Shown here: one piece after another, positions 26,221 through 35,994 of the stretch | How positions within the stretch are numbered: the stretch's first letter is position 1 | Layout of the letters: each line of letters opens with the position of its first letter | DNA from: Bryobacterales bacterium | GTDB lineage: Bacteria; Acidobacteriota; Terriglobia; Bryobacterales; UBA6623 | Length of the DNA stretch: 64,000 nt | Assembly: GCA_965226215.1 (NCBI GenBank) | Contig: CBDDCH010000002.1 | Coordinates: forward strand, 1,495,180-1,559,179 | Direction: 5' to 3' | Made by a program: the position numbers and the translations under genes | The notes under the pieces: generated by a model | What the model saw: only the letters and a program-made list of their open reading frames with translations | What the model was told of the DNA's origin: nothing | Database searches by the model: none

Positions 26221-26811
26221 CAGCGAGCTCCTTGTTGCCGTTTATCGATCCAGCGAGTTGACCGTTCCATAATATTATCAAGCCCCATGCGTGGCAGGCA
26301 GGCTGAGGGGACAAGCAGTCTTTGCTTTACTGCAGGTAGCGATACGCCTCTTGGCTGTATGGCCCCCACGGTTTGATCGAGCGGTCCCAGATCAAGCGTG
26401 GGGACGGAGACCGCGGCTTACCACCCGAAGAGCTTTTGAAGGAGATCGGGAACGAAGCGCGGCACTGGGTGCACTAGGAAGCGAACGATGAAATAACGTG
26501 CACAAAGCTAATGTTGAGCGCCGCGAGTCCCCGGCAAGCGGTAGGTCGTCCCCGTGATCGATTCCCGAAGACGCCCACGGTTGTCATGTCAGCCTCCCGA
26601 GATCGCGCTTGTGGCGGGCGGCGATAGTCTCGGGATTGCTTGGTTGGCCTCCTTCAGTTCATGAGCTCTCTTTGGCCGGGGGGAGAGGCGAGTTCTATTT
26701 TTAGGGCAGTAAGACGTTGCATTTGCAAGGCATGTCGGCGTATATTCAGGGCATTCGTGTCAGTCAACGACCACTCGCCAGAGTGCGACCCAAGTTTGGA
26801 GCAGCAAGACC

Positions 26812-27696
26812 ATGAACGTCAAGATCGGTTCGGCGCCGGATTCATTTGGTGTTTGGTTCCCCAGTGACCCCAAGCAAATGCCTTGGCAGCGATGCCTGGA
26901 TGAGATCGCGGAGGCCGGCTACGAGTGGACAGAACTCGGGCCCTACGGATACCTGCCCACGGACCTGCCCGTACTGCGTTCGGAACTCGAGCGCCGGAAG
27001 CTCAAGATCTCCGGAACGTTTGTGATGCCGCACTTAGAAGATCGAGACGCCTGGCCGGAAATCGAAAAAGAAGCCACCGGCGTGGGCAATTCGCTAAGCG
27101 CCCTTGGCGCCGAGTTCCTCATCCTGATCGACAACACCTATTCTGACGTTGACGGCAAACCGGTCCGTCCCGGGCGGCTGGACGAGGACGGTTGGAAGAC
27201 GCTCATCGAAAACACTCACAAGATCGCCGATCTTGTGAGTGAACGCTTTGGACTCAACCTTGTCTATCACCCTCACTCTGAAACCCACGTCGAATACGAA
27301 GATCAGATTGAGTTGCTTTTGGAGCAAACTGACCCTGATCGCGTTTCCATGTGCCTTGATACCGGCCACCACGCCTACCGCGGGGGCGACCCGATCGCTT
27401 TCATGCGCCGCCATCACGACCGGATCCGCTATCTGCACCTCAAGAACGTGGATCCAGAGATTCAGAACAAGGTAGAACGCGAGAAGATCCCGTTCGCACC
27501 GGCTGTTGGGATGGAAGTGTTCTGCGAGCTCGACCGAGGCGCGGTGGATTTCCTGGCGTTCCGGGACGTCTTGCAGGAGGTCGATTACGAGGGCTGGGCG
27601 GTTGTTGAACAGGATATGTATCCCGCCCCTTTCGACAAGCACTTCCCAATCGGCAAGCGCAACCGAGAGTATCTGCGAGAAATCGGAATAGGATAG
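26812..27696 (+). CDS. Sugar phosphate isomerase/epimerase, IolE (myo-inosose-2 dehydratase)-like TIM barrel
   Basis: APDSFG, ELGPYGYLP, YHPHSETHVE, CLDTGHH, YLHLKNV, GAVDF and WAVVEQD. Confidence 0.85.
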   Translation: MNVKIGSAPDSFGVWFPSDPKQMPWQRCLDEIAEAGYEWTELGPYGYLPTDLPVLRSELERRKLKISGTFVMPHLEDRDAWPEIEKEATGVGNSLSALGAEFLILIDNTYSDVDGKPVRPGRLDEDGWKTLIENTHKIADLVSERFGLNLVYHPHSETHVEYEDQIELLLEQTDPDRVSMCLDTGHHAYRGGDPIAFMRRHHDRIRYLHLKNVDPEIQNKVEREKIPFAPAVGMEVFCELDRGAVDFLAFRDVLQEVDYEGWAVVEQDMYPAPFDKHFPIGKRNREYLREIGIG

Positions 27697-27885
27697 CCCG
27701 AATGTCGCCGAGCGGCGAAACCGGGGACTGCCGTAGCCCATCTGTGTTGAGAGTCGGCAGGCAGCAGGAAGAGGTGGTGAACGGCTTTTGTGATCTTCAC
27801 GATGCAGCGCGAAGCTGGAACGGTGACGAAGTTGAAAAGCGGGATGACAATCAAACTTTCCGATTTCGGCAGCACCATACCTTCG

Positions 27886-27898
27886 TAAGTTATTGATT
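27886..27898 (-). promoter_or_regulatory. IHF consensus site upstream of tRNA-Leu
   Basis: The minus strand AATCAATAACTTA matches WATCAANNNNTTR. Confidence 0.45.
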
Positions 27899-27906
27899 CT
27901 AAATGT

Positions 27907-27996
27907 GCGCAAGTGGCGGAATTGGCAGACGCGCTAGGTTCAGGTCCTAGTGGGGCTTTAAACCCCGTGGAGGTTCAAGTCCTCTCTTGCGCACCA
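27907..27996 (+). tRNA. tRNA-Leu (anticodon CAG)
   Basis: Acceptor GCGCAAG/CTTGCGC, D-arm TGGCGGAATTGGCAGACGCG, anticodon arm CTAGG-TTCAGGT-CCTAG, long variable arm, GGTTCAAGTCC and encoded CCA. Confidence 0.97.
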
Positions 27997-28167
27997 TAAC
28001 TTCCTTTCATTGGGCAATCTGCGACTTTCACTCACGTTGCTGTCCATCTAGATCTGATCTAGCTCTCATCACCTGCCACACTAAACCCTTCACAAACCCT
28101 TCTATGGGCGTGAAACAGCCGGATTCGGGCAGTTCTGGGTAAGGGGCAATCTGCCCGGCGCACCGCG

Positions 28168-29277
28168 CTAGTCTCGCAGAAACTGCTGGAACACTTCATT
28201 CGAGAACATGACTCCGGCAGGTGTCAGACGCCAGGTGTTGTCTCCGGTTAGCTCCAGCCAGCCGTTCGCCGCCATGGCTTCCAATTGTCGTTCGTAGGCA
28301 GCAAACTCGTCGGGGGAAAAGCGAATCCCCGCCATTTGGCGCAGCCCGGCCATAAGCCGGTCTTCGATCCCGCGGTGTTCGTCGACCTCCGAGATTTGGA
28401 CCCTTGCACTTTCCCCACTGCGGCAACGCTCGACGTATTCGACTGGCGAGGAAGCGTTCGCCCAGCGCTTCTTGCCGTCGAAAGAATGGGCGTCGGAACC
28501 AAACCCGAGATATGCTTCCATGTTCCAATACTTGAGGTTATGGGCCGACTCGTAGCCCGGTTTAGCGAAGTTCGAAATCTCGTAACGGAGGATCGACATC
28601 TGCTCTAGACGGTCCACGGCCGCCGAGTAGAAGTCGGCGGTCTCCTCGTCGCTGGGAACGTCATCAGCCGCGTACCGCTTGCCCCCTCGCCGCAACTCCT
28701 CCCCCAGTAGGCTCTCGTCGTCGACTTCGAGCATGTAAACCGAGACATGTGGCGGTTGGAGTCTCGAAACCCAATCGAGCGAGCTGTGCCAGCTTCGCTT
28801 TGTCTGGTGGGGCAGGCCTGCAATCAAATCAATATTGACGTTCTCGATTCCCTCGCGTTTCAGCAGAGAGATCTCCGCGGCCACAACCTCTGGCGTATGT
28901 TTGCGGCCCGTGGCCGCGGCTTCCCTGGGCACAAACGACTGCACTCCCAGGCTCACCCGGTTGAGTCCCAGCTCGGCCCAGCCGGCGGCTTTTTGCTGAG
29001 TCACCGTGGTAGGGCTGGCTTCGATGGTGGCCTCCCGCCAGTTGACGGCTGGAAGCGCGGCGAGAACGTTGGCCAGCTGGGGGATCTCGAGTAGGCTCGG
29101 CGTCCCTCCACCTAGGTAGAGCGTATCCGGCTCGGAAGGGAATTCAGCTGCTTCGATCTCGGCTATCAGCGTGTCAACGTACGCAGGAACTAGATCTCGA
29201 GGGAAGACACCGGATGAAAAGTTACAGTAGCTACACTTTTGTTGGCAAAAGGGAAACGAAATGTAAACGCCTGCCAA
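28168..29277 (-). CDS. hemW: Radical SAM heme chaperone HemW
   Basis: YISFPFCQQKCSYC (CxxxCxxC), GGGTPS, NRVSLGVQSF, DLIAGLP, YEISNFA and HNLKYW. Start is uncertain (TTG 29277 or ATG further upstream). Confidence 0.9.
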   Translation of the reverse strand: MAGVYISFPFCQQKCSYCNFSSGVFPRDLVPAYVDTLIAEIEAAEFPSEPDTLYLGGGTPSLLEIPQLANVLAALPAVNWREATIEASPTTVTQQKAAGWAELGLNRVSLGVQSFVPREAAATGRKHTPEVVAAEISLLKREGIENVNIDLIAGLPHQTKRSWHSSLDWVSRLQPPHVSVYMLEVDDESLLGEELRRGGKRYAADDVPSDEETADFYSAAVDRLEQMSILRYEISNFAKPGYESAHNLKYWNMEAYLGFGSDAHSFDGKKRWANASSPVEYVERCRSGESARVQISEVDEHRGIEDRLMAGLRQMAGIRFSPDEFAAYERQLEAMAANGWLELTGDNTWRLTPAGVMFSNEVFQQFLRD

Positions 29278-29589
29278 ATTGGCCCTTGTAAGATCGGCGG
29301 GCCTACTTGGCCCAGCTATGAGTTTATCAAGAGTCATCGCGGCGACCGGGCGCGAGTGTCTCACCAGGTTGACGGACCCGCCTCGGGCGGTTGGGCAGCT
29401 TCAGCCCGAACTAAGGTCGGGCTCCACTGGTTCGGAGACGCCCTCACCCACTGCCCGACAGGTGTTCTGCTATCCTGATTTCGAGAGGCCGTTTTCCACT
29501 TTGCGCGGTCGTCGATACCGCGCAGCGGCTGACATTCCAGGTCGCTTCCCCGCAATCGGCAGTACTGAAAGATAAGGAAAGGCGTTGTC

Positions 29590-31200
29590 TTGAGCAGTAT
29601 CAACGGCATTTGTGTCAGGCACACGGACCTGCCCTCTTCGACCCCTTTATTCACCGATTTTCTTTACGACTTTGAACGGGTCGCCCCTTATTACGGGTAT
29701 CCGCCTCAGCCGTCCGCGGTCCCCTCGGCGGCCAGCGGAGTTCAGATCGACCCGAAACATCGCCAGGCGCTAGTCGAGGCGCTCCGTGAGCAAAACTGCG
29801 AGGCTGGGCCGGCGACGTCCACTCATCTCGACATGCTGGACCGCGAGGGGACGGTTGTCGTCGTAGCCGGCCAGCAAGTGGGCCTCTACGGAGGACCAAT
29901 CTTTGCGGTCCTCAAGGCGCTGAGCGCGATTCGCCTAGCTGAGCAACTCCGATCGGAAGGACTTCCGGCCGTGCCTGTTTTCTGGCTCGCCACCGAGGAT
30001 CACGACCTAGCCGAAGTCGATCATGTTTGGGTCTTCGACCATCAGAAGCAGCCGATCCGCCTCCAGGCTTCTGCCCAGGCCGGCTCGCACCAGCCAGTGG
30101 GCGGTGTCAAGGTTGCAGACGGCGCCGTAGAGTCTCTCAAGGCGGCCCTAGCGGACGCTCCCTACGCGAAGAACGCTTTGGATCTCGCCACGAGCGCCTA
30201 CCAGGACGGGTCAAGCTTAGGTGCGAGTTTCGCTGCGCTGTTTCGCAGTCTGTTCGATCGCTACGGCCTGATCCTGATCGATCCGATGCACTCAGGAATC
30301 CGCCGGGTGGCGGCGCCTGTGTTTGCGAAGGCCATCGAGCAGAACCTCGAGCTGGACGCTGCCCTCGTCGAACGCAGCCGTGCCCTTGAAGCCGCCGGTT
30401 ACCATGCCCAGGTTCAGGTTAGTGACGAAACGGCACTGGTGTTTCTCATCGATGAAAAGCAGCGTCGGGTCTTGCGACGGACGGACGCCGGCTATTCCGA
30501 CGGCAGCAGCTCTTATTCCGTGCCGGAGTTGCTGGGTCGATTGAAGGAGCGCCCGGAAGATTTCTCCCCGAGCGCGTTGCTGCGCCCGGTCGTTCAGGAT
30601 TTCATCCTGCCCACGGCCGCCTATGTGGCTGGGCCGACCGAGCTCTGTTACCTGGCGCAAGCCCAAGTTCTCTACACCCGGCTGCTTGGCCGCATGCCGG
30701 TAGTCCTGCCTCGGGCTTCGTTCACGGTGTTGGATTCGGATGCGCATGACTTTCTGCAGCGACACAAACTGAGCGTGACCGACTGCTTTGAGGGTCCAGA
30801 GACTTTGCGCAAGCGCGTGGGTGAAAAGCTTATTCCTTCAGTACTCGATACGGCCTTCAAGCGGGGTGAGGCCGGGATTGAAAGCTCGATCCACGCCATC
30901 GACGAAAGCCTCGCGGCATTCGATTCCACCCTTAGCTCAGCCCTTACCACGGCGCGGAGCAAGATGCTCTACCAGTTGGGGAAGATTCGCGGCAAGGCGG
31001 CGCGCGAAAGTCTTCGCCGGAATGGGGAAGTCCAGCATGAGATCGAGGCCTTGTCGAATCTGGTCTATCCAAATAAGACCCAGCAGGAACGAGTCTATTC
31101 GGTCCTCGCTTTCCTTGCCCACCACGGGCCTGATTTCATCGAACGACTATACGGGGCGATCAGTCCCGATTGTCACGACCATCAGGTGCTGGTGTTATAG
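29590..31200 (+). CDS. bshC: Bacillithiol biosynthesis cysteine-adding enzyme
   Basis: AGQQVGLYGGP, PVFWLATEDHDLAE, SALLRPVVQDFILPT..YVAGP.E..Y and QER. Confidence 0.9.
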   Translation: MSSINGICVRHTDLPSSTPLFTDFLYDFERVAPYYGYPPQPSAVPSAASGVQIDPKHRQALVEALREQNCEAGPATSTHLDMLDREGTVVVVAGQQVGLYGGPIFAVLKALSAIRLAEQLRSEGLPAVPVFWLATEDHDLAEVDHVWVFDHQKQPIRLQASAQAGSHQPVGGVKVADGAVESLKAALADAPYAKNALDLATSAYQDGSSLGASFAALFRSLFDRYGLILIDPMHSGIRRVAAPVFAKAIEQNLELDAALVERSRALEAAGYHAQVQVSDETALVFLIDEKQRRVLRRTDAGYSDGSSSYSVPELLGRLKERPEDFSPSALLRPVVQDFILPTAAYVAGPTELCYLAQAQVLYTRLLGRMPVVLPRASFTVLDSDAHDFLQRHKLSVTDCFEGPETLRKRVGEKLIPSVLDTAFKRGEAGIESSIHAIDESLAAFDSTLSSALTTARSKMLYQLGKIRGKAARESLRRNGEVQHEIEALSNLVYPNKTQQERVYSVLAFLAHHGPDFIERLYGAISPDCHDHQVLVL

Positions 31201-31281
31201 GGACCCCGTTGTATACCAAGCGCTGCGGTGAAACGGCGGTCGTGCGGACAGTAAGCTTGGGCTAGCTCCAATGGCAAGCCT

Positions 31282-31371
31282 ACAGGCAGGATTGCCTGTG
31301 CTACCACAGAGGCCACGGGCGCAATCGCTCCCGTGCTGCGTCAAGACCACAGACTGGATTGCCTGTGCTCC
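31282..31371 (-). repeat. Cluster of three GTAG-type REP variants
   Basis: ACAGGCAGGATTGCCTGTGCTAC (31282), CACGGGCGCAATCGCTCCCGTGCT (31314) and CACAGACTGGATTGCCTGTGCTCC (31348). Confidence 0.6.
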
Positions 31372-31431
31372 CGACAAGGCCAACAGGCTGCTATGGCGTG
31401 CTTCGACCCTTAGCTTGGCGAGAAAAGCGGG

Positions 31432-32163
31432 CTAACCCGTTTCTTTCAGAAAGGCCTTAGCCCGTCGGAACCAAGGCCGCTCCTGACGTCGCAGGTAACG
31501 AGGGAGCGTGGCTTTCTTGGCGAGGATTTCTTCCATCATCTGTCGTGCCTTTTCGATCTCCCCTCGCTGGGCCAGCAGCCGCCCATAGCTGAAGTAGGCA
31601 CGCGAGACGGTCGTTCGTCCCAGGATGGCTTCGTAGGCCTGAAGAGCTTCATCGACCCGGTCGGTGGCTTCGTAGGCCTCAGCCAGCGACAGATGGGCGC
31701 CGTAGATGCTGTAGGAAGGATCCGCTTGGACCACTCCTTCCAGATCGGCGATGGCGTTGGCAACCTGTCCGCTTTCAAGGTAGCTGCGCCCGCGACCATA
31801 AAGACTCTCGGGGTCTTCCGGGTCCAGCTGCAAGGCGCGGCCAAACAGGTCGATCGCTTCGGCGTGTCGTCCCTCGATGGCGTGGATCTCGGCCAGCCCG
31901 GTTAGCGCTTCGTGAGAAGGGCTCTCCACCACGAGCTTTTCCAGCCACTGTCGGCGGCGCTTGCGCTCAAACCGGCGAATGACCGGCGGCTTGACGCGCA
32001 GGTCGGGTATCACCTCGATCACAAAATAGACCGCGGCTCCCAACGGACCCAAGAAAAGGATCACGAAGAACCAATACCCTTCCGGGCGTCGGCGGAAAAA
32101 GTGAATCAGCATCAGGAGCTGAAAAATGAAAGACCAGCTCCAGTAGCCGTGCCAGAAGAACAT
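31432..32163 (-). CDS. Membrane-anchored tetratricopeptide repeat protein
   Basis: Two N-terminal TM segments (YWFFVILFLGPLGAAVYF) followed by several TPR motifs. Confidence 0.8.
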   Translation of the reverse strand: MFFWHGYWSWSFIFQLLMLIHFFRRRPEGYWFFVILFLGPLGAAVYFVIEVIPDLRVKPPVIRRFERKRRRQWLEKLVVESPSHEALTGLAEIHAIEGRHAEAIDLFGRALQLDPEDPESLYGRGRSYLESGQVANAIADLEGVVQADPSYSIYGAHLSLAEAYEATDRVDEALQAYEAILGRTTVSRAYFSYGRLLAQRGEIEKARQMMEEILAKKATLPRYLRRQERPWFRRAKAFLKETG

Positions 32164-32289
32164 GAACAGTTAGTCCATTGGGGAGGACAGCTTCGCTATA
32201 GTTTACTCGTTTCCTGACGGTGAGACGGGCCAGTGGCCTGTCTCGAGAGAGACGGACGTTGGTGTCGCCACGTACGGCCACCGCAGCAT

Positions 32290-33850
32290 TTTCTCATCGA
32301 AGGATGAGCCTGAAGACGGGGGTTGGGGCTTTTTGAGTCGCTGGGGCTCCTTTCGGGCTTTTTGATTTTGAGTTTTGGGAAGGGGAGAATCGTCGTCGGG
32401 GTTGTGGGATTGTGGGAATCGCGGAGCGATTTCCAAGGGCGGTGGGAAACGAAGGGAAACCTGGTTTTGGTTTTCCTAGTTTTCCATCGCCCGTCATTTC
32501 CACAGCCCTCTTCCTGTTGTTCAGCACGGCGTGTTCGCGGAACGGAAACTGGCAAACAGCTTCTGCTTGGCTCGCTGCATCCGGCGGGCCGCCGCCGTGT
32601 CGCTTTCGGCCTGGGCAATGCGGCCCAGAGCCTCCAGCCTCTGCCCTGGCTTGAGATAGCTGGCGGCCTCGGGCAACTTCTCGAAAGATTCCCAAGGCGT
32701 CTGGTAGTGGCGGTACACCCGCTTCTGCTTGCCTTTGGCGTCGGTCTTGATCTCGGGCTGTCCGCAGGGCCGGTGGAAGTTCAAATAGGGATTGAAGTGC
32801 TGTTGGTAGAAGCGCTGGATGCGCCCCGCGTGCGGCGCCGCGATGTACGTATATCCCATGTGTTTGCGGATCACCGCGCCGTTTTTCGATTCCACCAAGC
32901 CGTTGTCGTTGGAGTGCCGCGGACGCGACTTGGTCTGTTCGATCAGCAGCTTGTTCAATAGCTTCTCCACCGTGCGATTGAGGAACTCGCTGCCGTTGTC
33001 GGAATGGAAGCCGCGGATACGAAAGGGAAACTGCTCGATCATGGCTTTCAGCAACGGCTCCAGCCAGGCTTCACTGATCGCGGGCGTGGCGCCGACCACT
33101 TGCCACTGGGTGACTTCATCCACGGCATTGATGTGGTAGACGCCCTTGACGCCATCGCGATCCCCTTGATGCACCGTATCCACTCGCAGAAAGCCGGGTT
33201 GGCCTTGCGGGTCGGGCCGGCGCCGCTCGCCGATCGACACCGCCGTGGGCCGGGTCTTGGTGAAATGCAGCCGCCGCTGGCGGTAGGCTCTGCGCCGCCG
33301 CAGGCGATAGATCTGGGCCACCGAGATCCCCGCCAGCCGCTCGTATTCGCGCCGCTGGTACTGCTGGTATTCCCGCTCGAGGATCTTGCGCGTGGCCGGG
33401 CCGCTGAGGGTTTCGTGGGCCTCGTCCACCGCCGCCAGCAGTTCGACGTCGGCGGGCGTGTACTTGCGGGCAAAGCGATGCCGCCGGTAGCGGGCGGGTT
33501 GGAGTTCTCCGCCCTGCCGGTACTGCTGGATCAGCCGCGTGATTTGCGCCCGGCTCAGTCCGGTCATCTTGACCAGATACTGCCGCAGCAGCCCTTTGTC
33601 GGCGCGGTTCTGGCGGCTGTAGCCGTGCTGGCGAAGCGTGCGCGCCACCCACGTGTAGATCTCGGCCCGCCCTTTGCCTTTGAATCGAATCTCCTCGCTG
33701 GAGTGGAGAAACTGCTGGATCTGTTGCAGGTTCAGCTTGCTGGTGTTTTGCACTTGGATAGTCAATTCCCAGCATGCCCACTCCCCGATCCTTCAGGCTC
33801 ATCTTGTGTGAGAAACAAACTCCTCGTTCAGACTCATCTTGCATGAGACA
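32290..33850 (-). mobile_element. Insertion sequence (DDE integrase-core; ISNCY/IS481-like)
   Basis: Imperfect IRs: TTCTCATCGAAGGATGAGCCTGAAG (32291) versus CTTCAGGCTCATCTTGTGTGAGAA (33791) and GTTCAGACTCATCTTGCATGAGACA (33826-33850). No target-site duplication was recognised, so the ends are approximate. Confidence 0.75.
32521..33765 (-). CDS. Transposase (integrase catalytic core)
   Basis: DDE triad in RVDTVHQ, HSDNGSEF and NDNGLVESKN; N-terminal HTH region; intact 414-aa frame. Confidence 0.92.
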   Translation of the reverse strand: MTIQVQNTSKLNLQQIQQFLHSSEEIRFKGKGRAEIYTWVARTLRQHGYSRQNRADKGLLRQYLVKMTGLSRAQITRLIQQYRQGGELQPARYRRHRFARKYTPADVELLAAVDEAHETLSGPATRKILEREYQQYQRREYERLAGISVAQIYRLRRRRAYRQRRLHFTKTRPTAVSIGERRRPDPQGQPGFLRVDTVHQGDRDGVKGVYHINAVDEVTQWQVVGATPAISEAWLEPLLKAMIEQFPFRIRGFHSDNGSEFLNRTVEKLLNKLLIEQTKSRPRHSNDNGLVESKNGAVIRKHMGYTYIAAPHAGRIQRFYQQHFNPYLNFHRPCGQPEIKTDAKGKQKRVYRHYQTPWESFEKLPEAASYLKPGQRLEALGRIAQAESDTAAARRMQRAKQKLFASFRSANTPC

Positions 33851-33925
33851 AGACTACCGCTTGACCCAGGGCCGGTTCGAACCTCAGAATACAAGTGTCG
33901 GCCCAGCGTCGGATTTGAGGAAAAG

Positions 33926-34357
33926 ATGGCACCCGCTTATCGGCTTTTGCTACTCGTGCTTGTGGCCACGCTCGTCCTGCAGGCACAGAAAACATCCACG
34001 ACCTCTTCGGGTGCCAAGATCCGCCGGGACATAGACTATAAAGGCGGGCCCGAGGTCCCGCTGAACAAACCAGAGTCGGTGCTCAAAGTCCTCAAGGTCA
34101 AGGGCACTCTTGAAGGGATAGATCTCAAGAAACGCACCGTCACGATCCGTCCCGCAAAGCGAGATACCGGTCTCGAACTCGGGTTCCCCCAGCCGGCGGG
34201 ACGCGAGCAGATCAAAGTCTCGAAGAAAGCGGCCAAGATTCTGGGGATGAAAAAGCTAACACTCGAAGAGCTTAAGGCGGGTTCGAAGGTGCGGCTCCAG
34301 TACTACCCAGCACTGGACCAACTCATGGAGCTAATCATCGAGAAGCCGATCTCCTGA
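33926..34357 (+). CDS. Hypothetical secreted protein (small beta-rich domain)
   Basis: GAGG RBS before ATG 33926; signal peptide MAPAYRLLLLVLVATLVLQA; KGTLEGIDLKKRTVTI..LKAGSKVRLQY. Confidence 0.65.
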   Translation: MAPAYRLLLLVLVATLVLQAQKTSTTSSGAKIRRDIDYKGGPEVPLNKPESVLKVLKVKGTLEGIDLKKRTVTIRPAKRDTGLELGFPQPAGREQIKVSKKAAKILGMKKLTLEELKAGSKVRLQYYPALDQLMELIIEKPIS

Positions 34358-34391
34358 GCCGAGCGAGGGAAGTGGGGGATAGCCGGAAACC

Positions 34392-34832
34392 CTAATTGGG
34401 CTTGCCCGACCCACCGGCTTGACCGAAGTCATCGGCGATCCGCTTCCTGCCGGCGAAACCATCCTGGATGCGATGCCAGTATTCGATCCGGGGTTCTCCT
34501 AGCTTCCAACACAGATAGACTTCTTCGTTCTCCAACAGGGCCGGAAAGTCAATCAGCCCCGTGTCTAGGTCCTTGACGAGCGCTCCCGATTCCTCGATAT
34601 TGCGCGCCGCCCCTTGCAGTCGCTCGACGGCTTGGTGTCTTACGAGTTTACGCTTCGCCACCGAGGTAGGGTCGATCTCGACTCCGCCCAGCGCATTGAT
34701 TCGGGCGCTCAGCGAGCGCAGCTCACGTTCGACCTCGACCGCCTCTTTTTTAGCTTCGATGGCCTGTTGAAGCCACTCACGAAGTCTCGGAATGAGGTCG
34801 TCGGCTTCCTGTAAAGTAAAGAATTTTCCCAT
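34392..34832 (-). CDS. DUF2203 family protein
   Basis: FTLQEADDLIP and LVKDLDTGLIDFP..VYLCWKLGE..I.YWH..GFAGRK. Confidence 0.88.
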   Translation of the reverse strand: MGKFFTLQEADDLIPRLREWLQQAIEAKKEAVEVERELRSLSARINALGGVEIDPTSVAKRKLVRHQAVERLQGAARNIEESGALVKDLDTGLIDFPALLENEEVYLCWKLGEPRIEYWHRIQDGFAGRKRIADDFGQAGGSGKPN

Positions 34833-34978
34833 CAGTGTTGACGCGGGGCCGGTCTTGACCGAGCGGTTCGTTGCGCTTGCACGGCGCGGCGTAAGGACGC
34901 GAACGGAAACCGAAGCGCGAATGAGCGAGAAGACGCCCGCCTTGCCTCCCTCCAGAACAAAGGGCCGGATGGAACGTG

Positions 34979-35488
34979 CTAGATGCCCATCACTTGCACC
35001 GAGATGGAACGGTTCCGCGGGCCGTCGAGTTCGGCCAGAATAATGCTTTGCCAGGTCCCCAGCAGTACTTTTGCATTGCGCACTTGAAGCGAGACGAACT
35101 GGCCCAGAAACAGCCCCCGCAGGTGAGAAACGGCGTTCTTGCGCTCACAGTCGGAGTAGGCCGGGTCGTCGTGCCGCCACGAAGTATTCCGCCCTACGAA
35201 TTGCTCGAGCAAGGTCCGAATGTCGTGCAGCAATGCATCCTGCCACTCGTTGATGAACAAACAGGCTGTGGTGTGCAGGGACTGCAGGTGAACCGTGCCG
35301 TTTCGGACGCCGCTTTTGCGCACGATCTCGTTGATCCGGTCGGTTGCATTGATCAGCTCGAACTTCTCGTTCGTAATCCAGTCGACGATTCGCACGAAAG
35401 TCTTGACACCCGGCACACCTGCCGGCTGCTGAGGTTTGACAGGATCGGTTTTCACGGCTTGGGGTTGTAGGCTTGCCTTGGCGCTCAT
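34979..35488 (-). CDS. yjbQ: YjbQ/UPF0047 family (secondary thiamine-phosphate synthase-like)
   Basis: SLHTTACLFINE, HDD..NAVSHL and LLGTWQSIILAELDGPRNR. ATG 35488 follows a GGGAGG RBS. Confidence 0.9.
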   Translation of the reverse strand: MSAKASLQPQAVKTDPVKPQQPAGVPGVKTFVRIVDWITNEKFELINATDRINEIVRKSGVRNGTVHLQSLHTTACLFINEWQDALLHDIRTLLEQFVGRNTSWRHDDPAYSDCERKNAVSHLRGLFLGQFVSLQVRNAKVLLGTWQSIILAELDGPRNRSISVQVMGI

Positions 35489-35615
35489 GTTAGATTCAAC
35501 CTCCCAGACTTGGGACTTCGGGGAAAGCCTTAGATATGGTTGTCGAAAAGTGTCTGCATGGCCGTCGGGCAGCGTGCTCTTAACCTGTACGCTCCGTTGA
35601 CACCGGCTGAATCGT

Positions 35616-35624
35616 ATTATACCA
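35616..35624 (-). promoter_or_regulatory. Extended -10 sigma70 promoter element for yjbQ
   Basis: The minus strand reads TGGTATAAT (TGnTATAAT) about 130 bp upstream of the yjbQ start. Confidence 0.5.
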
Positions 35625-35795
35625 GGGGTTGTGCGTCGCCAAATGAAGGGTGCGGGCCTTCCACATCGCAGCCTGGCCTTCAACGGTAAAACTCGCCAGG
35701 CGGTACGAAGCAGTGGGCCACGGACTCTGACGACGGCCACGTGTCGGACGAGCGCATTGTTCGCTGCCGCATTCGCCCGAAAGATCGCGTATGAA

Positions 35796-35886
35796 GCCGG
35801 CAGGATTGCCGGCCGCTACTCAAAACTATTGAGGCTCGTAAAATACAGTGACTTTGGAACACGGGCACAGCATGCTGTGCCCCTAC
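35796..35886 (-). repeat. Two GTAG-type REPs
   Basis: GCCGGCAGGATTGCCGGCCGCTAC (35796) and GGGCACAGCATGCTGTGCCCCTAC (35863). Confidence 0.65.
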
Positions 35887-35994
35887 AGTCTGAACACGGG
35901 CCCTGTCACCATAATTCGCGAAACTAGGACCGCCAAGAGCGGCGGTCGTTACCGGTGCCGGCCAGCCCTTTCCATAAGTAGCCGGGGACGATCT

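Noticed and set aside
27907-28170. Prophage or island attachment at tRNA-Leu or tRNA-Thr
   Set aside because: No duplicated tRNA 3' end and no integrase adjacent to either tRNA in this window.
32323-33846. ORFs 32323-32961, 33004-33846 and 33116-33844
   Set aside because: Shadows or alternative frames of the transposase and its structured non-coding tail; low-complexity, no domain motifs.
35597-35626. Plus-strand TTGACA promoter for an antisense RNA toward fabG
   Set aside because: No -10 element at 16-18 nt spacing; the AT-rich patch is better read as the minus-strand extended -10 of yjbQ.
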